Below, piece after piece: positions 1-12,075 of a stretch of DNA of 64,000 bases. Position numbers and translations under genes: made by a program. The stretch comes from an uncultured Candidatus Pelagibacter sp. (GTDB lineage Bacteria; Pseudomonadota; Alphaproteobacteria; Pelagibacterales; Pelagibacteraceae), in assembly GCA_905616465.1 (NCBI GenBank), contig CAJQSX010000005.1, positions 14,994 to 78,993 on the forward strand, in the 5' to 3' direction. Position 1 is the stretch's first letter, and every line of letters starts with the position of its first letter. The notes under the pieces were generated by a model, which was given only the letters and a program-made list of their open reading frames with translations, was not told the DNA's origin and ran no database searches.

Positions 1-2
1 GT

Positions 3-1655
3 AATTATCCTGAACTAGTAAGAGCAGATTCATTAATCAAAGAAACTTTAAGAATGGAAGAGGAAAAATTTTTAGTTCTTTTAGATAGAGGTATAAAAAT
101 TTTAGATGATGAAATTACCAAGGTAGATAAAGTTTTATCTGGTGAAGTTGCTTTTAAATTATATGATACTTATGGTTTTCCATTAGACTTAACTGAGGAT
201 ATTTTAAGAAATAAATCTTTATCGATTGATAATAATAAATTTCAATCTCTAATGAAGGAAAGTAGGGAGCTTGCTAAGAAAAATTGGAAAGGGTCTGGGG
301 ATGCTGCAATTGAAGATATTTGGTTTGGAATTAAAGACAAGTTAGGGGCAACCGAATTCTTAGGCTATGAAACAAATCAAACTGAAGGTTTAGTGTTATC
401 TCTCTTAAAAAATAATAAAGAGATTAATGAACTTAAAAAAAATGATGAAGGAATAATCATAGTAAATCAAACTCCATTTTATGCGGAGTCTGGCGGTCAG
501 GTAGGTGATATAGGTGAAATTATAGCAAATGATTTTAAATTTGAAGTAACAGACGTCCAAAAAAAACTAGGAGATTTATTTGTTCATTATGGAAAGGTTA
601 TTAGCGGATCAATTAAATTAAATCAAAATGTTGAATTAAAAATTAATTCTAAAAGAAGAGATAATACACGTGCATATCACTCAGCAACACATCTACTGCA
701 TGAGTCCTTAAGAAGAGTATTGGGCACTCATGTAACTCAAAAAGGTTCTTTAGTTGAGCCCAGTAGACTGAGATTTGATTTTAGTCACATGCAACCAATT
801 TTAAGTGAAGAAATTGATAAGGTGGAAAAACTTGTAAACACCATGATCTCAATAAAATCTGATGTTAAAACACGATTGATGACACCTGATGAGGCTGTTG
901 AAAATGGTGCACTAGCACTGTTTGGAGAAAAATATGGTGATGAGGTAAGGGTTCTTTCAATGGGTAGTGAGGATGGAAATTACTTTTCTACAGAGCTTTG
1001 TGGTGGAACTCATGTTAAAAATACTGGTGATATTGGAAGATTTAAGATTATTAGTCAGTCTTCAATTGCCTCGGGTGTTAGAAGGGTAGAAGCTTTAAGA
1101 GATAAACAGTTAGAAGATTATCTACAAAATAAAAAAAAATTATCCAATATTTCTTTAGAGAAAAATGATGAAATTATCAAAAATTTAAGTCAACAAATAA
1201 CACAGTTAGGTGAAGAACCATCCATAGAGGAAACAGATCAAAAAACTATAATTAAAAATTTAACAAGACAATTAGAAAAAATATTAGTTAATTCAATCTT
1301 ACAAGATAAATCCAAAAATATAATCAACAACGAAGAAATTAATGGAGTTAAATTGAGACTTCAAAAAGTTGAAGGCTTACCTCCTAAAGAATTAAGAAAA
1401 CTTGTGGATGAGGGTAAAAAAGAATTAAAAGAAGGTATTGTGATTGTTTTTGCATATAAAGATGAAAAAGTTGGTATAGCTGTAGGTGTAACCGAAAAGT
1501 TAACTGATAAATTTGATGCAGTTCAATTTGTTAAAGTTGGTTCTGAAATTATTGGTGGAAAAGGTGGTGGAGGTAGAAAAGACTTTGCTCAAGCTGGGGG
1601 CCAAGACCATTCTAAAATAAAAGAAGCTTTTGAAAAGCTTAAAAAATTAATTTAA
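3..1655 (+). CDS. alaS: Alanine--tRNA ligase, 5'-truncated by the window edge
   Basis: Frame is open from position 3 ([23 protein letters not shown]). Motifs [38 protein letters not shown] and C-terminal GGKGGG...AQAGG (DHHA1). Confidence 0.97.
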   Translation, partial: NYPELVRADSLIKETLRMEEEKFLVLLDRGIKILDDEITKVDKVLSGEVAFKLYDTYGFPLDLTEDILRNKSLSIDNNKFQSLMKESRELAKKNWKGSGDAAIEDIWFGIKDKLGATEFLGYETNQTEGLVLSLLKNNKEINELKKNDEGIIIVNQTPFYAESGGQVGDIGEIIANDFKFEVTDVQKKLGDLFVHYGKVISGSIKLNQNVELKINSKRRDNTRAYHSATHLLHESLRRVLGTHVTQKGSLVEPSRLRFDFSHMQPILSEEIDKVEKLVNTMISIKSDVKTRLMTPDEAVENGALALFGEKYGDEVRVLSMGSEDGNYFSTELCGGTHVKNTGDIGRFKIISQSSIASGVRRVEALRDKQLEDYLQNKKKLSNISLEKNDEIIKNLSQQITQLGEEPSIEETDQKTIIKNLTRQLEKILVNSILQDKSKNIINNEEINGVKLRLQKVEGLPPKELRKLVDEGKKELKEGIVIVFAYKDEKVGIAVGVTEKLTDKFDAVQFVKVGSEIIGGKGGGGRKDFAQAGGQDHSKIKEAFEKLKKLI

Positions 1656-2861
1656 TTTTTTTTTAAGATTACCATCAATTTCATCTAAAAATTGATTAGT
1701 AGTAAGATATCTACTTGAAGGTCCCACAAGAATAGCTAAATCTTTTGTCATAGCCCCACCTTCTACACACTCAATACAAACTTTCTCAACTGTTAGTGAA
1801 AAATTAATTAATTCATCATTACCATCTAATTTTCCTCTATGTGCTAATCCTCTAGTCCAAGCAAATATCGAAGCAATTGGGTTTGTTGAAGTTTCTTTAC
1901 CCTGTTGGTGCATTCTATAGTGTCTTGTTACTGTCCCGTGTGCAGCTTCAGCTTCCATTATTTTCCCATCAGGTGTAAGTAGTGTGCTTGTCATTAAACC
2001 TAAAGAACCATAACCTTGTGCCATAGTATCAGACTGGACATCCCCATCATAATTTTTACAAGCCCAAATATATTTTCCACTCCACTTCATTGCACAGGCA
2101 ACCATGTCATCAATTAACCTGTGTTCGTAAGTTAGGCTATATTTCTTAAAATCTTCTTGATATTCTTTCTCAAAAATTTCTTGAAATATATCTTTAAATC
2201 TTCCATCATATTTTTTTAAGATTGTATTTTTAGTTGAAAGATAAACTGGCCACTTTTTCATCAAGCCGTAGCTAAAACAAGATCTTGCAAAATCTTCAAT
2301 TGACTTATCTAAATTGTACATTGAAAGTGCAACTCCAGGACCAGTAAAATTGAATACCTCATGTTTAATTTCATTTTTGCCGTCTTCTGATGTCCACTTA
2401 ATTTCCAATTTACCTTTACCAGGAACTTTAAAATCTGTTGCTCTATATTGATCTCCAAAAGCATGTCTTCCAATAACCACAGGGTCTGTCCATGAAGGAA
2501 CAAGTTTGGGAATATTTTGGCATATTATTGGTTCTCTAAATACAGTTCCCCCAATGATATTTCTTATGGTTCCATTTGGAGATCTCCACATTTTTTTTAA
2601 ATTAAACTCTGTTACACGATCTTCATCTGGAGTAATTGTTGCACACTTAATACCAACTCCTATTTTTTGGATTGCATTAGCTGCATCAATTGTAATTTGG
2701 TCTTCAGTATTATCCCGACTTTTCATCCCAAGATCGTAGTATTCGATGCCAAGATCAAGATAAGGTAAAATTAATTTATTTTTTATGAAATCCCAAATTA
2801 TTCTAGTCATTTCATCACCATCTAACTCTACAATGGGTTTTTTTACTGTGATTTTGCTCAT
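1647..2861 (-). CDS. icd: NADP-dependent isocitrate dehydrogenase
   Basis: [51 protein letters not shown]. Confidence 0.97.
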   Translation of the reverse strand: MSKITVKKPIVELDGDEMTRIIWDFIKNKLILPYLDLGIEYYDLGMKSRDNTEDQITIDAANAIQKIGVGIKCATITPDEDRVTEFNLKKMWRSPNGTIRNIIGGTVFREPIICQNIPKLVPSWTDPVVIGRHAFGDQYRATDFKVPGKGKLEIKWTSEDGKNEIKHEVFNFTGPGVALSMYNLDKSIEDFARSCFSYGLMKKWPVYLSTKNTILKKYDGRFKDIFQEIFEKEYQEDFKKYSLTYEHRLIDDMVACAMKWSGKYIWACKNYDGDVQSDTMAQGYGSLGLMTSTLLTPDGKIMEAEAAHGTVTRHYRMHQQGKETSTNPIASIFAWTRGLAHRGKLDGNDELINFSLTVEKVCIECVEGGAMTKDLAILVGPSSRYLTTNQFLDEIDGNLKKKLN

Positions 2862-2938
2862 TTGTATGAAATAAATCTTATTAATTGAATTTCGTCATTT
2901 TATATACATATTAATCAAAAATTACCAATTAGAAGAAC

Positions 2939-3586
2939 ATGTTTAGTAAAATTTTTCCAAAAATTCACTCCGAAGGTTACAAATTTATTGTAATAGTGGT
3001 CATATTAACAATCATTTTTTATAAGCTCAGTAACTCTTTAGGATTAGTCGGGCTAGTTTTAACTGTTTGGGTTTATTATTTTTTCAGAGATCCAGAAAGA
3101 GTTATTATTGAAGATAATAATTATCTAGTAAGTCCAGCTGATGGTGAGGTAATTAAAGTTGAAGTTGTTGATGGCCCAAAAGAATTAGGACTAGAAAATA
3201 AAAAATTTAATAAAGTTAGTATTTTTATGAATATCTTTGACTGCCATGTAAATAGAACACCATGTGCGGGGCAAGTAGATGAAATATTATACAAACCAGG
3301 AAAATTTTTAAATGCTTCATTAGATAAAGCCAGTGAAGACAATGAAAGAAATTACTATAAGATCAAAGACGTTCATGGAAATGAGATTATAGTTGTTCAA
3401 ATAGCGGGTCTTATTGCTAGAAGAATTGTTTGTGAAACAAATAAAAATCAAGAGTTAAGACAAGGAGATAGAATTGGCATGATAAGATTTGGAAGTAGAG
3501 CAGATGTTTATTATGAAAATTATGAGCCTTTAGTTAAAATTGGTCAAATAGCTATTTCTGGTGAAACTTTATTAGCTAAAAGATAG
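2939..3586 (+). CDS. psd: Phosphatidylserine decarboxylase proenzyme
   Basis: FFRDPER, SPADG, HVNR, QIAGLIARRI and the RFGS self-cleavage motif; adjacent to pssA. Confidence 0.95.
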   Translation: MFSKIFPKIHSEGYKFIVIVVILTIIFYKLSNSLGLVGLVLTVWVYYFFRDPERVIIEDNNYLVSPADGEVIKVEVVDGPKELGLENKKFNKVSIFMNIFDCHVNRTPCAGQVDEILYKPGKFLNASLDKASEDNERNYYKIKDVHGNEIIVVQIAGLIARRIVCETNKNQELRQGDRIGMIRFGSRADVYYENYEPLVKIGQIAISGETLLAKR

Positions 3587-3589
3587 TTT

Positions 3590-4393
3590 ATGGATCAGCC
3601 AAAAAATAACTTTAAAATTGTTTCCGATAAAAAAACAAGAATGATTCTACCAAATGCCATTACTTTAATAGGTGTTTGCATTGGTTTAACCTCAATCAAG
3701 TTTGCAATAGATGGAAAATTTGCAATAGCAGTTATTGCAGTAATGTTCGCGGGTTTGATGGATGCATTGGATGGTCGAATAGCTAGATTAATTAAAGGAA
3801 CATCTAAAATGGGTAAAGAATTAGATTCTTTAGGGGATGTAATTAGCTTTGGAGTTGCGCCAGCACTTATAATGTATTTTTGGAATTTACAATATTTAGA
3901 TAAATTAGGATGGTTTGTTTGTTTAACGTATGTGGTTTGTGTTGCCTTAAGACTGGCAAGATTTAATATAAATTCCGAAGAAGAGCCATCATGGAAAGAC
4001 AATTTTTTTGAAGGAATGCCCTCACCTGCAGGAGGGATAATTGTTCTAATGCCTTTAATCATAAGTTTTAGTGAACTAGAAGAACTTCTTTTTAAAATTA
4101 ATTACGATTTATTAGTGCCAATATTTTTTATTATAGTTTCAGTACTATTAATAAGCACACTTCCAACATATTCATTTAAAAGAATAGTCATACCAAGAGC
4201 AATGACAAAATTTTTACTATTTGGAATAGTCTTATTTCTTGGCGCGTTATTAGTTTATACATTTAAAATTTTAGCTGTAAGCTCTTTGGTGTATCTTTTT
4301 TTAATACCGGTAAGTTATTTCCATTATAAAAAGATTAAAAAAGAAAAAAATATAACTTCAGATACAGATGAAGGATTAGAAGACATACTGTAG
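3590..4393 (+). CDS. pssA: CDP-diacylglycerol--serine O-phosphatidyltransferase
   Basis: CDP-alcohol phosphotransferase motif DALDGRIAR...GKELDSLGD; LRLARFN; FFEGMPSP. Confidence 0.95.
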   Translation: MDQPKNNFKIVSDKKTRMILPNAITLIGVCIGLTSIKFAIDGKFAIAVIAVMFAGLMDALDGRIARLIKGTSKMGKELDSLGDVISFGVAPALIMYFWNLQYLDKLGWFVCLTYVVCVALRLARFNINSEEEPSWKDNFFEGMPSPAGGIIVLMPLIISFSELEELLFKINYDLLVPIFFIIVSVLLISTLPTYSFKRIVIPRAMTKFLLFGIVLFLGALLVYTFKILAVSSLVYLFLIPVSYFHYKKIKKEKNITSDTDEGLEDIL

Positions 4394-5305
4394 ATGAAAA
4401 AAAATGTAATTGTTTCATTAGCAGATGCAAATTATTTTCCATTACTAGAAGAGTTAGTAGAATCTATTAAAAGATTTAAAGAGAGTGACAATATTGCAAT
4501 TTGCATTTTAGATGCAGGGTTAACGCAAGAGCAAAAAAATAAATTATTAAATAAAGTAGATGAAATAAAATCAGCTGAATGGGATATAGAAGTACCGGAC
4601 CATAAAGTAAAAGGTAAGGAATGGTTAAAAAGTCAGGTCTCAAGAGCATTTTTGCCAAAATACTTTCCTAATTATGAAAAATACTTATGGATAGATTGTG
4701 ATGCATGGGTAAATGATTGGCATTGTGTAGAATTATATTTTAAAGCCTGTGATAATGGAAAACTAGGTATCACGCAAACGATTGGTCCAGGATACAAAAT
4801 AACTTCAAAAGTTAATTGGTTAGTTGGAAAATTAGCAATTGTTAAATCTCAAAACTTTAAGCATGCCGTAAAGTCAAAAATTGGATATGATAAAGCCAGA
4901 AAATTAGCTTTTGCACCACATATAAATATTGGAGTGTTCTCACTAGAAAAAAACTCTAAAGGATGGAGTTCTTGGCAAAATAATTTATCAAAGACTTTAA
5001 AAGCTGGAAATATTTTTGGATCAGAGGGATTGGCAATTAATATATCAGTATATATTGATGATTTAGAAACAGAATTTTTACCTTTAAACTGCAATTGGAT
5101 TACTAGTAATTTACTTCCAAAATATGACGAACAACAAAAAACATTTGTTGAACCTTATTTACCTAATTATAAAATAGGTATAATGCATCTTGCGGCTGGA
5201 ATTTGGAAAGATGGTAAAGACATGAGGGTAGACAAAGATGTGAAAATTAAAATTGAAAACTTAAATAAAATAACAACACTTAAAAGTCTTAGATATAATA
5301 ATTAA
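4394..5305 (+). CDS. Putative GT-A fold glycosyltransferase (GT8-like)
   Basis: N-terminal ADANYF, YLWIDCD (DxD motif), INIGVF, CNW and C-terminal IMHLAAG resemble GT8-type enzymes. ATG directly abuts the pssA stop. Confidence 0.6.
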   Translation: MKKNVIVSLADANYFPLLEELVESIKRFKESDNIAICILDAGLTQEQKNKLLNKVDEIKSAEWDIEVPDHKVKGKEWLKSQVSRAFLPKYFPNYEKYLWIDCDAWVNDWHCVELYFKACDNGKLGITQTIGPGYKITSKVNWLVGKLAIVKSQNFKHAVKSKIGYDKARKLAFAPHINIGVFSLEKNSKGWSSWQNNLSKTLKAGNIFGSEGLAINISVYIDDLETEFLPLNCNWITSNLLPKYDEQQKTFVEPYLPNYKIGIMHLAAGIWKDGKDMRVDKDVKIKIENLNKITTLKSLRYNN

Positions 5306-5917
5306 TTGAAAAAAAATAGAATTTCAAAAAATTGGATCAATAAACAAAAAAGAGATATTTATGTTAGACAGTCTCAAGTGGATGGCTATAGAGCAAGATC
5401 AGCTTATAAATTAATAGAAATAGATGAAAAATTTAAGATACTAAAAAATGGAATATCTGTAATTGATTTGGGAGCATCACCTGGTAGTTGGTCTCAATAT
5501 ATTGCAAGGACAGTAAAGAGCGGAAGAATAGTTTCGATTGACATAAAAGATATGGAAAAAATTGAGAATATAATTCAAATTAAGGGCGATTTTACTATGC
5601 AAGATTCTCAAAAAAAGATTAAGAGATTTTTTAAATCAAAAGTTGATGTTGTTGTGTCCGACATGGCAGTTAATACAACAGGTATAAAGGATATTGACGC
5701 GATTTATACTGGTGAATTAGCAATGGAGGCAATGAACTTTTCTAAAGAGATGCTAGTGAAAGAAGGCCGTTTTGTTTCTAAAATTTTTTTAGGTTCGTCA
5801 TTTAATGAAATTGTAGCACTAGGAAAAAAGATATTCAAAGAAGTGAAGGTATTTAAACCTAAAGCTAGCAGGAAAGAGTCCAAAGAAAGCTTTATAATTT
5901 GTAAAAATACAAGATAG
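5306..5917 (+). CDS. rlmE: 23S rRNA Um2552 2'-O-methyltransferase (FtsJ/RlmE)
   Basis: GYRARSAYKLIEIDEKF, DLGASPGSWSQ, VSDMA, KPKASRKESKE; TTG start. Confidence 0.95.
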   Translation: MKKNRISKNWINKQKRDIYVRQSQVDGYRARSAYKLIEIDEKFKILKNGISVIDLGASPGSWSQYIARTVKSGRIVSIDIKDMEKIENIIQIKGDFTMQDSQKKIKRFFKSKVDVVVSDMAVNTTGIKDIDAIYTGELAMEAMNFSKEMLVKEGRFVSKIFLGSSFNEIVALGKKIFKEVKVFKPKASRKESKESFIICKNTR

Positions 5918-5954
5918 TCTCTTTAATAATAAAAGGAATCATATATAAATTATT

Positions 5955-7031
5955 ATGGTTCCTATAAAAGAAGCACTCACCTTTGACGATGTAACATTAG
6001 CCCCCAAATACTCAAATATATTACCATCCGAGGTAGACACGAGTATAAAACTAACAAAAGATTTAAAGCTTAGAATACCCCTGTTATCATCAGCCATGGA
6101 TACCGTAACAGAAAGCAGAATGGCAATTGCAGTTGCAAATGCTGGTGGCATAGGAGTTATTCACAGAAATTTAGAAATAACGAAACAAATTGAAGAAATT
6201 AAAAAAGTCAAAAAACAAAAATTATTTGTTGGGGCAGCCGTTGGTGCTGGTCCAAAAGAATTACAAAGAGCTAAAGAAATTTTAAAAGAGGGTGTAAACT
6301 TGATTGTAGTAGATACTGCGCACGGTCATACTAAAAAAGTTTCTGAAATTATTAAATATATAAAAAAAATTAAAGATAAAAAAACAGCTTTATGTGCGGG
6401 AAATATTGCTACTCCAGAAGCAGCTAAATTCTTACTTAAATTAGGTGTAGACATCATTAAAGTTGGTATTGGCCCTGGATCAATTTGTACTACACGATTG
6501 GTAGCTGGTATTGGGGTACCTCAATTAAGCGCAATTCTTTCAGTTAGAAAAGGAATTAAAAAAAAAAATGTAAAAATTATTGCTGATGGTGGAATTAAAT
6601 ACTCAGGTGATTTGGCAAAAGCATTTGCAGCTGGCGCTGACGCTGTAATGATTGGTTCTTTGTTTGCTGGAACAGACGAAGCACCAGGAAAAATAGTAAA
6701 AAAAAATGGAAAATTTTTTAAAAGTTTTAGGGGCATGGGGTCTGTAGGTGCAATGAATAAAGGATCTGCTGATAGATATTTTCAAATAAAACAAAAAGAT
6801 ACGTCAAAATATGTTCCTGAAGGAGTAGAGGGTTTTTCAAAATATAAAGGTGATGTTGGAAACGTTATATTTAAATTAATAGGAGGACTTAGGTCATCTA
6901 TGGGTTATTTAGGTTCTAAACAAATAAAGTATTTAAGAAATAAACCACAATTTGTAAAAATTACAAAAGCTGGATTTTATGAAAGCATGGTTCATAATGT
7001 GGATATAGTAAAAAGTGATAAAAAGTATTAA
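5955..7031 (+). CDS. guaB: IMP dehydrogenase, short form lacking the CBS pair
   Basis: [51 protein letters not shown]; next to guaA; only 358 aa. Confidence 0.93.
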   Translation: MVPIKEALTFDDVTLAPKYSNILPSEVDTSIKLTKDLKLRIPLLSSAMDTVTESRMAIAVANAGGIGVIHRNLEITKQIEEIKKVKKQKLFVGAAVGAGPKELQRAKEILKEGVNLIVVDTAHGHTKKVSEIIKYIKKIKDKKTALCAGNIATPEAAKFLLKLGVDIIKVGIGPGSICTTRLVAGIGVPQLSAILSVRKGIKKKNVKIIADGGIKYSGDLAKAFAAGADAVMIGSLFAGTDEAPGKIVKKNGKFFKSFRGMGSVGAMNKGSADRYFQIKQKDTSKYVPEGVEGFSKYKGDVGNVIFKLIGGLRSSMGYLGSKQIKYLRNKPQFVKITKAGFYESMVHNVDIVKSDKKY

Positions 7032-7468
7032 TGAATAAATTTTTAAAAACATCTATTTTAATAATTTGTATTATAAATTTCTTAAATATTTCTTTTAGTA
7101 AGGAGAATTTTTACGACGAAGGTGTAAAATTATTTAAGAATAAAAAGTACGAAGATGCCAAATTTTTATTTGAAAGAAGTATTGTATTAAATCCAAAGCA
7201 TTCAAGCTCATATCTGTACTTGGCAAAAATTTATAAAGAAGAAGAAAATCAGAAAAAAGAGGAAAAAAATTTAGAAACCACACTTTTAATTAACCCAACT
7301 AATGAAGAGGCAATTTTGATGTTAATGGAAATTGGTTTAGAACAAACTAATTACTCCAAGGTAAAAGAGTTATCTGAAAGATTTACAAAAGTTTGTAAAA
7401 ATTTATGTAACAAAAATAAAAAAATATTAAAAGATCTGGAAAACTTAGAACCACAAAATGAGTCTTGA
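7031..7468 (+). CDS. Exported TPR-repeat protein
   Basis: Signal-peptide-like N-terminus; TPR-like helices ([29 protein letters not shown]). Confidence 0.65.
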   Translation: MNKFLKTSILIICIINFLNISFSKENFYDEGVKLFKNKKYEDAKFLFERSIVLNPKHSSSYLYLAKIYKEEENQKKEEKNLETTLLINPTNEEAILMLMEIGLEQTNYSKVKELSERFTKVCKNLCNKNKKILKDLENLEPQNES

Positions 7469-9020
7469 TTCAGATTTAGAAAAAATTTTAATAATTGATT
7501 TTGGATCACAATTTACACAATTAATTGTTAGAAGAATTAGAGAACTTGGTGTCTTTTCAGAAATAGTCAGTCATAAAAAAATAATAAGTTCACAAATTAA
7601 AACTAATATTAAAGGAATTATTTTATCTGGAGGGCCTTTAAATGTTTATCAATTAAAAAAAAATTTATTTGATAAAAAGATTTTAAAACTTCAAATACCA
7701 ATTTTAGGGATTTGTTTTGGTCATCAAATTTTATCAAAATTTAACGGGGGTCAAGTTAAACAATCAAACCATAGAGAGTTTGGTTTAGCTAATATTTTTA
7801 AAAAAAGAGATAGCCTTATAACTAAAAATTTTTTTAAAAAAAAAGAACCGACTAAGGTATGGATGAGTCATGCGGATCAAGTATCTAAATTACCAAAAAC
7901 TTTTAGGGTTATAGCCTCAAGTGACAATTCAAAGTTTGCTATTGTGGAGAGTAAATTGGAAAAGTTTTTTGGTGTTCAATTTCATCCTGAGGTAACGCAT
8001 ACACAAAACGGAAAAAAAATAATTAGTAATTTTGTTTTTTTAATTTGTAAGGTTAAAAAAAACTGGTCTTCTAAAAATCAAAAAATACAATTAATTAAAG
8101 AATTAAAAGAACAAGTTGGACCCAACAAGGTTATCTGTGGACTTTCTGGTGGGGTAGATAGCAGTGTAGTTGCTCAACTTTTAAATAAGGCAATTGGAAA
8201 AAAACTTTATTGCATTTTTGTGAATACGGGTTTGCTGAGAAAAAATGAAGAAATACAAGTAGTGAAAACTTTCAAAAAAAAACTTAAAATTAATTTGATT
8301 TATGTAAACGCTGAAAAAGAATTTTTAAAAAAATTACAAAATGTTTCTGACCCAGAAAAAAAAAGAAAAATTATTGGAAAATTGTTTATTAAAATTTTTG
8401 AAAGATATGCAAAAAAAATTAAGAATGTTAAATTTTTAGCACAAGGAACACTTTATCCCGATTTAATTGAGAGCCGCTCTGTTACAGGCAGCCAAACATC
8501 AAAGATTAAATCACACCATAATGTTGGAGGTTTACCAAAAAGAATGAAACTTAAGTTGGTCGAACCACTCAAATTTTTGTTTAAAGACGAAGTTAGAAAA
8601 TTAGGATTAGAATTGAATTTAAGTAAAGATATTATTTCGCGACATCCTTTTCCTGGTCCAGGTTTAGCAATTAGAATGCCAGGCTTAATTACAAAAGAAA
8701 AAATCAATATTTTAAAAGAAGCAGATCATTGTTTTATTCAAGCTTTAAAAGAACATGGCCTTTATCATAAAATTTGGCAAGCTTATGCAGCCTTACTTCC
8801 TGTAAAAACTGTTGGGGTGATGGGTGACAATCGAACTTATGAATATCTATGCTTATTAAGAGCTATTACCTCAGAGGATGGCATGACAGCAGATTTTTTT
8901 GAATTTAAAAAATCATTCTCTCAAATGATTTCAAACAAAATTGTGAATAGTATTAAAGGAATTAATAGAGTAGTTTATGATATTACCTCAAAACCTCCTA
9001 GTACTATTGAATTAGAATAA
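7458..9020 (+). CDS. guaA: GMP synthase (glutamine-hydrolysing)
   Basis: [65 protein letters not shown]. Confidence 0.97.
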   Translation: MSLDSDLEKILIIDFGSQFTQLIVRRIRELGVFSEIVSHKKIISSQIKTNIKGIILSGGPLNVYQLKKNLFDKKILKLQIPILGICFGHQILSKFNGGQVKQSNHREFGLANIFKKRDSLITKNFFKKKEPTKVWMSHADQVSKLPKTFRVIASSDNSKFAIVESKLEKFFGVQFHPEVTHTQNGKKIISNFVFLICKVKKNWSSKNQKIQLIKELKEQVGPNKVICGLSGGVDSSVVAQLLNKAIGKKLYCIFVNTGLLRKNEEIQVVKTFKKKLKINLIYVNAEKEFLKKLQNVSDPEKKRKIIGKLFIKIFERYAKKIKNVKFLAQGTLYPDLIESRSVTGSQTSKIKSHHNVGGLPKRMKLKLVEPLKFLFKDEVRKLGLELNLSKDIISRHPFPGPGLAIRMPGLITKEKINILKEADHCFIQALKEHGLYHKIWQAYAALLPVKTVGVMGDNRTYEYLCLLRAITSEDGMTADFFEFKKSFSQMISNKIVNSIKGINRVVYDITSKPPSTIELE

Positions 9021-9021
9021 G

Positions 9022-9801
9022 ATGAATATAAAAGTAAAAAAATTTCTCAATAAAAAAAATAAATCTAAAATCATTTGTCTTACTGCATATTCAAAAAATG
9101 TTGCATTAATTTTAGATAAACATTGTGACCTTGTTTTAGTGGGAGATTCATTGGGCTCTGTACTTTATAATTATAAGTCTACAAAAGAAGTAACTTTAGA
9201 TACAATGATTAGACACTCTAAAAGTGTAAGACTTGGTGTGAATAAATCTTTGATGGTAGTTGATATGCCATACAACACCTATCGTAACCCCAATGAAGCC
9301 TTAAAGAATGCAAAACTAATAATGAAACAAACTAAATGTGATGCAATTAAATTGGAGGGTGGAAAAAAAATTATTTCTATAGTTAAGAACCTGGTTAAGA
9401 ATAAAATACCTGTTATGGGTCACCTAGGCATTTTACCTCAAACAGAAAAAAAATTTACTTTTAAAGGTAAAAAACTACCTGAAAGAAACAGAATTTTAAA
9501 AGAAGCCAAGCTACTAGAAGAAGCAGGAATTTTTTCAGTTGTACTGGAATGTATTGAAACCAAACTATCAAAAAAAATTACTGAACAATTAAAAATACCG
9601 ACTATTGGGATAGGATCTTCTGTAAATTGTGATGGTCAAGTATTGGTAATTGATGATTTGATTGGTTTGAGTGAGGGTAAATTTAGATTTGTTAAGAAGT
9701 TTGCCAATACAAGTCAAATTATTGATAATGCAGTTAAAAGATATAAATCTGAAGTATTAAAAAAACAATTTCCTAAAGCAAAACACTCATTTAAAAATTA
9801 G
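9022..9801 (+). CDS. panB: 3-methyl-2-oxobutanoate hydroxymethyltransferase
   Basis: LTAY, LVGDSLG, VVDMPY, KLEGG, PVMGHLG, PTIGIG..CDGQVLV. Confidence 0.95.
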   Translation: MNIKVKKFLNKKNKSKIICLTAYSKNVALILDKHCDLVLVGDSLGSVLYNYKSTKEVTLDTMIRHSKSVRLGVNKSLMVVDMPYNTYRNPNEALKNAKLIMKQTKCDAIKLEGGKKIISIVKNLVKNKIPVMGHLGILPQTEKKFTFKGKKLPERNRILKEAKLLEEAGIFSVVLECIETKLSKKITEQLKIPTIGIGSSVNCDGQVLVIDDLIGLSEGKFRFVKKFANTSQIIDNAVKRYKSEVLKKQFPKAKHSFKN

Positions 9802-9806
9802 ATTAA

Positions 9807-11288
9807 TTAACCCATAGTAAAAGGATCTGATATTGGCTTATCAGAAGAGTTGTACCATGTTGTTTTTATTCTTGTGTATTCTTTAATAGACTCAATTCCT
9901 GCTTCTTTACCATAACCGCTGTCTTTTATTCCTCCAAATGGTGCCATAGGAGAAATTAATCTATATGTGTTTACAAAAACTATTCCTGCTCTAACTGCTT
10001 TAGATACCCTCATACCTCTTCCAAGGTTGGAAGAATAAACTCCAGAAGATAGCCCATATTTATTGTCATTCATTAGTTTTATTGCCTGGTCTTCTGTATC
10101 AAATTTCATTACAGACAATACTGGACCAAATAATTCATTTTCAGCCGTAGGTAAGTTGTGATTTTTACATTCAATTATTGTTGCTGGAAAATAATAACCC
10201 TTATTAGATATATTAGATCTTTTGCCTCCACATCTAATTTCTCCGCCCTGTTCAACAGTAGCTTTAATATTCTTTTCTATATTTTCTAATTGTTTAAAAC
10301 TATTTAAAGGACCCATTTGAGTATCTTTATCCATTGGTGCGCCCAATTTTATCTTTTCTGCCTTTGCTACTAATTTGTCTAAAAATTCATTGTAAATTTC
10401 AGACTGTATATAAAGCCTTGATCCGGCAATGCAACTTTGGCCACTTGCACCAAATATACCAGCTGTAATTCCATTAAGTGCATTTTCTTGTTCTGCATCG
10501 TTAAATACAACAACAGGACTTTTACCACCAAGCTCCAAACTAACTTGGGATAAATTTTCAGCAGAGTTTTTTATAATATGTTTTGCTGTCTCAGGTCCAC
10601 CAGTGAATGCAATTCTTTCTACAAGATTATGTGTAGTCAGAGCCTTTCCACAAGGTTCACCTAAGCCTGTTATTATATTAACTACTCCTTTTGGTATTCC
10701 TGATTTTTCAACTAATTTTGCAAATTCCAACAAAGTTACGGGTGCAAGCTCAGAAGCTTTTATTACCACTGTATTTCCCATCGCTAATGCGGGCGCGAGT
10801 TTTACAGCAGTCAATAACATTTGAGAATTCCATGGAATAATTGCAGCCACTACACCGATGGGTATTCTAGTTGTTGTTACTTGCATGTCTGGTTTATCTA
10901 TTGGAACTACAGTGCCTTCAATTTTATCTGCAAGGCCTGCAAAGTAATCATAGTATTCTGCAATATAGATAGCCTGTGATTTAGTTTCTCTAAAAATTTT
11001 TCCTGTATCGATAGTTTCAATAGTACCGAGATGTTCAGCATTTTCTCTTAATTGATCTGCTAGAGATCTTAAATATTTAGCTCTATCTCTTGGATGTAAA
11101 TTGGCCCATGAATGTTCAAAAGCTTTTTGTGCAGCCTTAACTGCTTTATCAACATCTTTTGTACTTGCCTCAGGTACAGTTGCCCAAACCTCATTATTTT
11201 CTGGATTTAAAGTTTTAATTGTTTTACCAGATTCAGAGTCAACCCACTGACCATCTATGAACATTTTAAAGTTTTGAATTTTTGTCAT
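9807..11288 (-). CDS. Aldehyde dehydrogenase family protein, TgnC-like
   Basis: ALDH motifs PWN, FTGG, LELGGKSP, GQSCIAG, ELFGP. Segments DTGKIFRET, ADKIEG..VPIDKPDMQ and C-terminal SDKPISDPF match my recollection of TgnC-type enzymes. Confidence 0.85.
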   Translation of the reverse strand: MTKIQNFKMFIDGQWVDSESGKTIKTLNPENNEVWATVPEASTKDVDKAVKAAQKAFEHSWANLHPRDRAKYLRSLADQLRENAEHLGTIETIDTGKIFRETKSQAIYIAEYYDYFAGLADKIEGTVVPIDKPDMQVTTTRIPIGVVAAIIPWNSQMLLTAVKLAPALAMGNTVVIKASELAPVTLLEFAKLVEKSGIPKGVVNIITGLGEPCGKALTTHNLVERIAFTGGPETAKHIIKNSAENLSQVSLELGGKSPVVVFNDAEQENALNGITAGIFGASGQSCIAGSRLYIQSEIYNEFLDKLVAKAEKIKLGAPMDKDTQMGPLNSFKQLENIEKNIKATVEQGGEIRCGGKRSNISNKGYYFPATIIECKNHNLPTAENELFGPVLSVMKFDTEDQAIKLMNDNKYGLSSGVYSSNLGRGMRVSKAVRAGIVFVNTYRLISPMAPFGGIKDSGYGKEAGIESIKEYTRIKTTWYNSSDKPISDPFTMG

Positions 11289-12071
11289 TTAATTATTAAT
11301 AAAATTTTTAAGATTAATATTAACATCATCTGCACACTCTATACTACAAAGATGTTTTCCGTTATTTATCTCAACAAAATTTGAATTTATTAAATCATTA
11401 GATAAAGATTTTGACATTTGAGTTGTGGAACTCGTATCACCTGACCCTGTCATGATAAGAGTTTTAGTTTTAATATTTTTAATCATATCAATATTATCTT
11501 GGTGATAAGTAAACAATTTGTATGCTTTTAAAAAATTTAAATGATCGTCATCATCTTTTGTCAAAATTTTGATAAATTGATCATAAATTTTTGGATGGTT
11601 ATTTAAGTATTCATCTGTGAACCATCTCTTGAGTGCCTGTTTTGAAATAGGTTTGTTCAATTTAGCCTGCTCAAATCTCTCTATAACTAAAGCTCTTTGT
11701 TCTACAGTTCTTTTATATGTTGTTCCGATTACTGTAAGACTTTTTAACTTATGTTGAAATTTTGAAGCAAAGTCTAATGCAATTAATGACCCTAAAGAAA
11801 AACCTATAAGGTTAATTTTATCAATTTTTAAAAACTTCAATAAATAGTCTAGTTGATCTGAAAAATCATTTAATGTGACCTCTTTTTTATTGTAAGGAGT
11901 TTTTCCATGCCCCAATAAATCGTAGGTAATTGTTGAGTAGTTATTTAAAGAGTTAACTTGAGAGTCCCACATTTTGTGATCTAGACCAACACCATGAACG
12001 AACACTAATGGCTCAGTGTTATTATCAATGAACGAATGATAATTTTGATTAGGATCAAAATTGTGTGGCAT
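11289..12071 (-). CDS. Alpha/beta hydrolase (TgnD/PcaD-like)
   Basis: HGVG oxyanion motif, YDLLGHG, nucleophile elbow GFSLG, C-terminal His (GKHL). Confidence 0.8.
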   Translation of the reverse strand: MPHNFDPNQNYHSFIDNNTEPLVFVHGVGLDHKMWDSQVNSLNNYSTITYDLLGHGKTPYNKKEVTLNDFSDQLDYLLKFLKIDKINLIGFSLGSLIALDFASKFQHKLKSLTVIGTTYKRTVEQRALVIERFEQAKLNKPISKQALKRWFTDEYLNNHPKIYDQFIKILTKDDDDHLNFLKAYKLFTYHQDNIDMIKNIKTKTLIMTGSGDTSSTTQMSKSLSNDLINSNFVEINNGKHLCSIECADDVNINLKNFINN

Positions 12072-12075
12072 TAAT

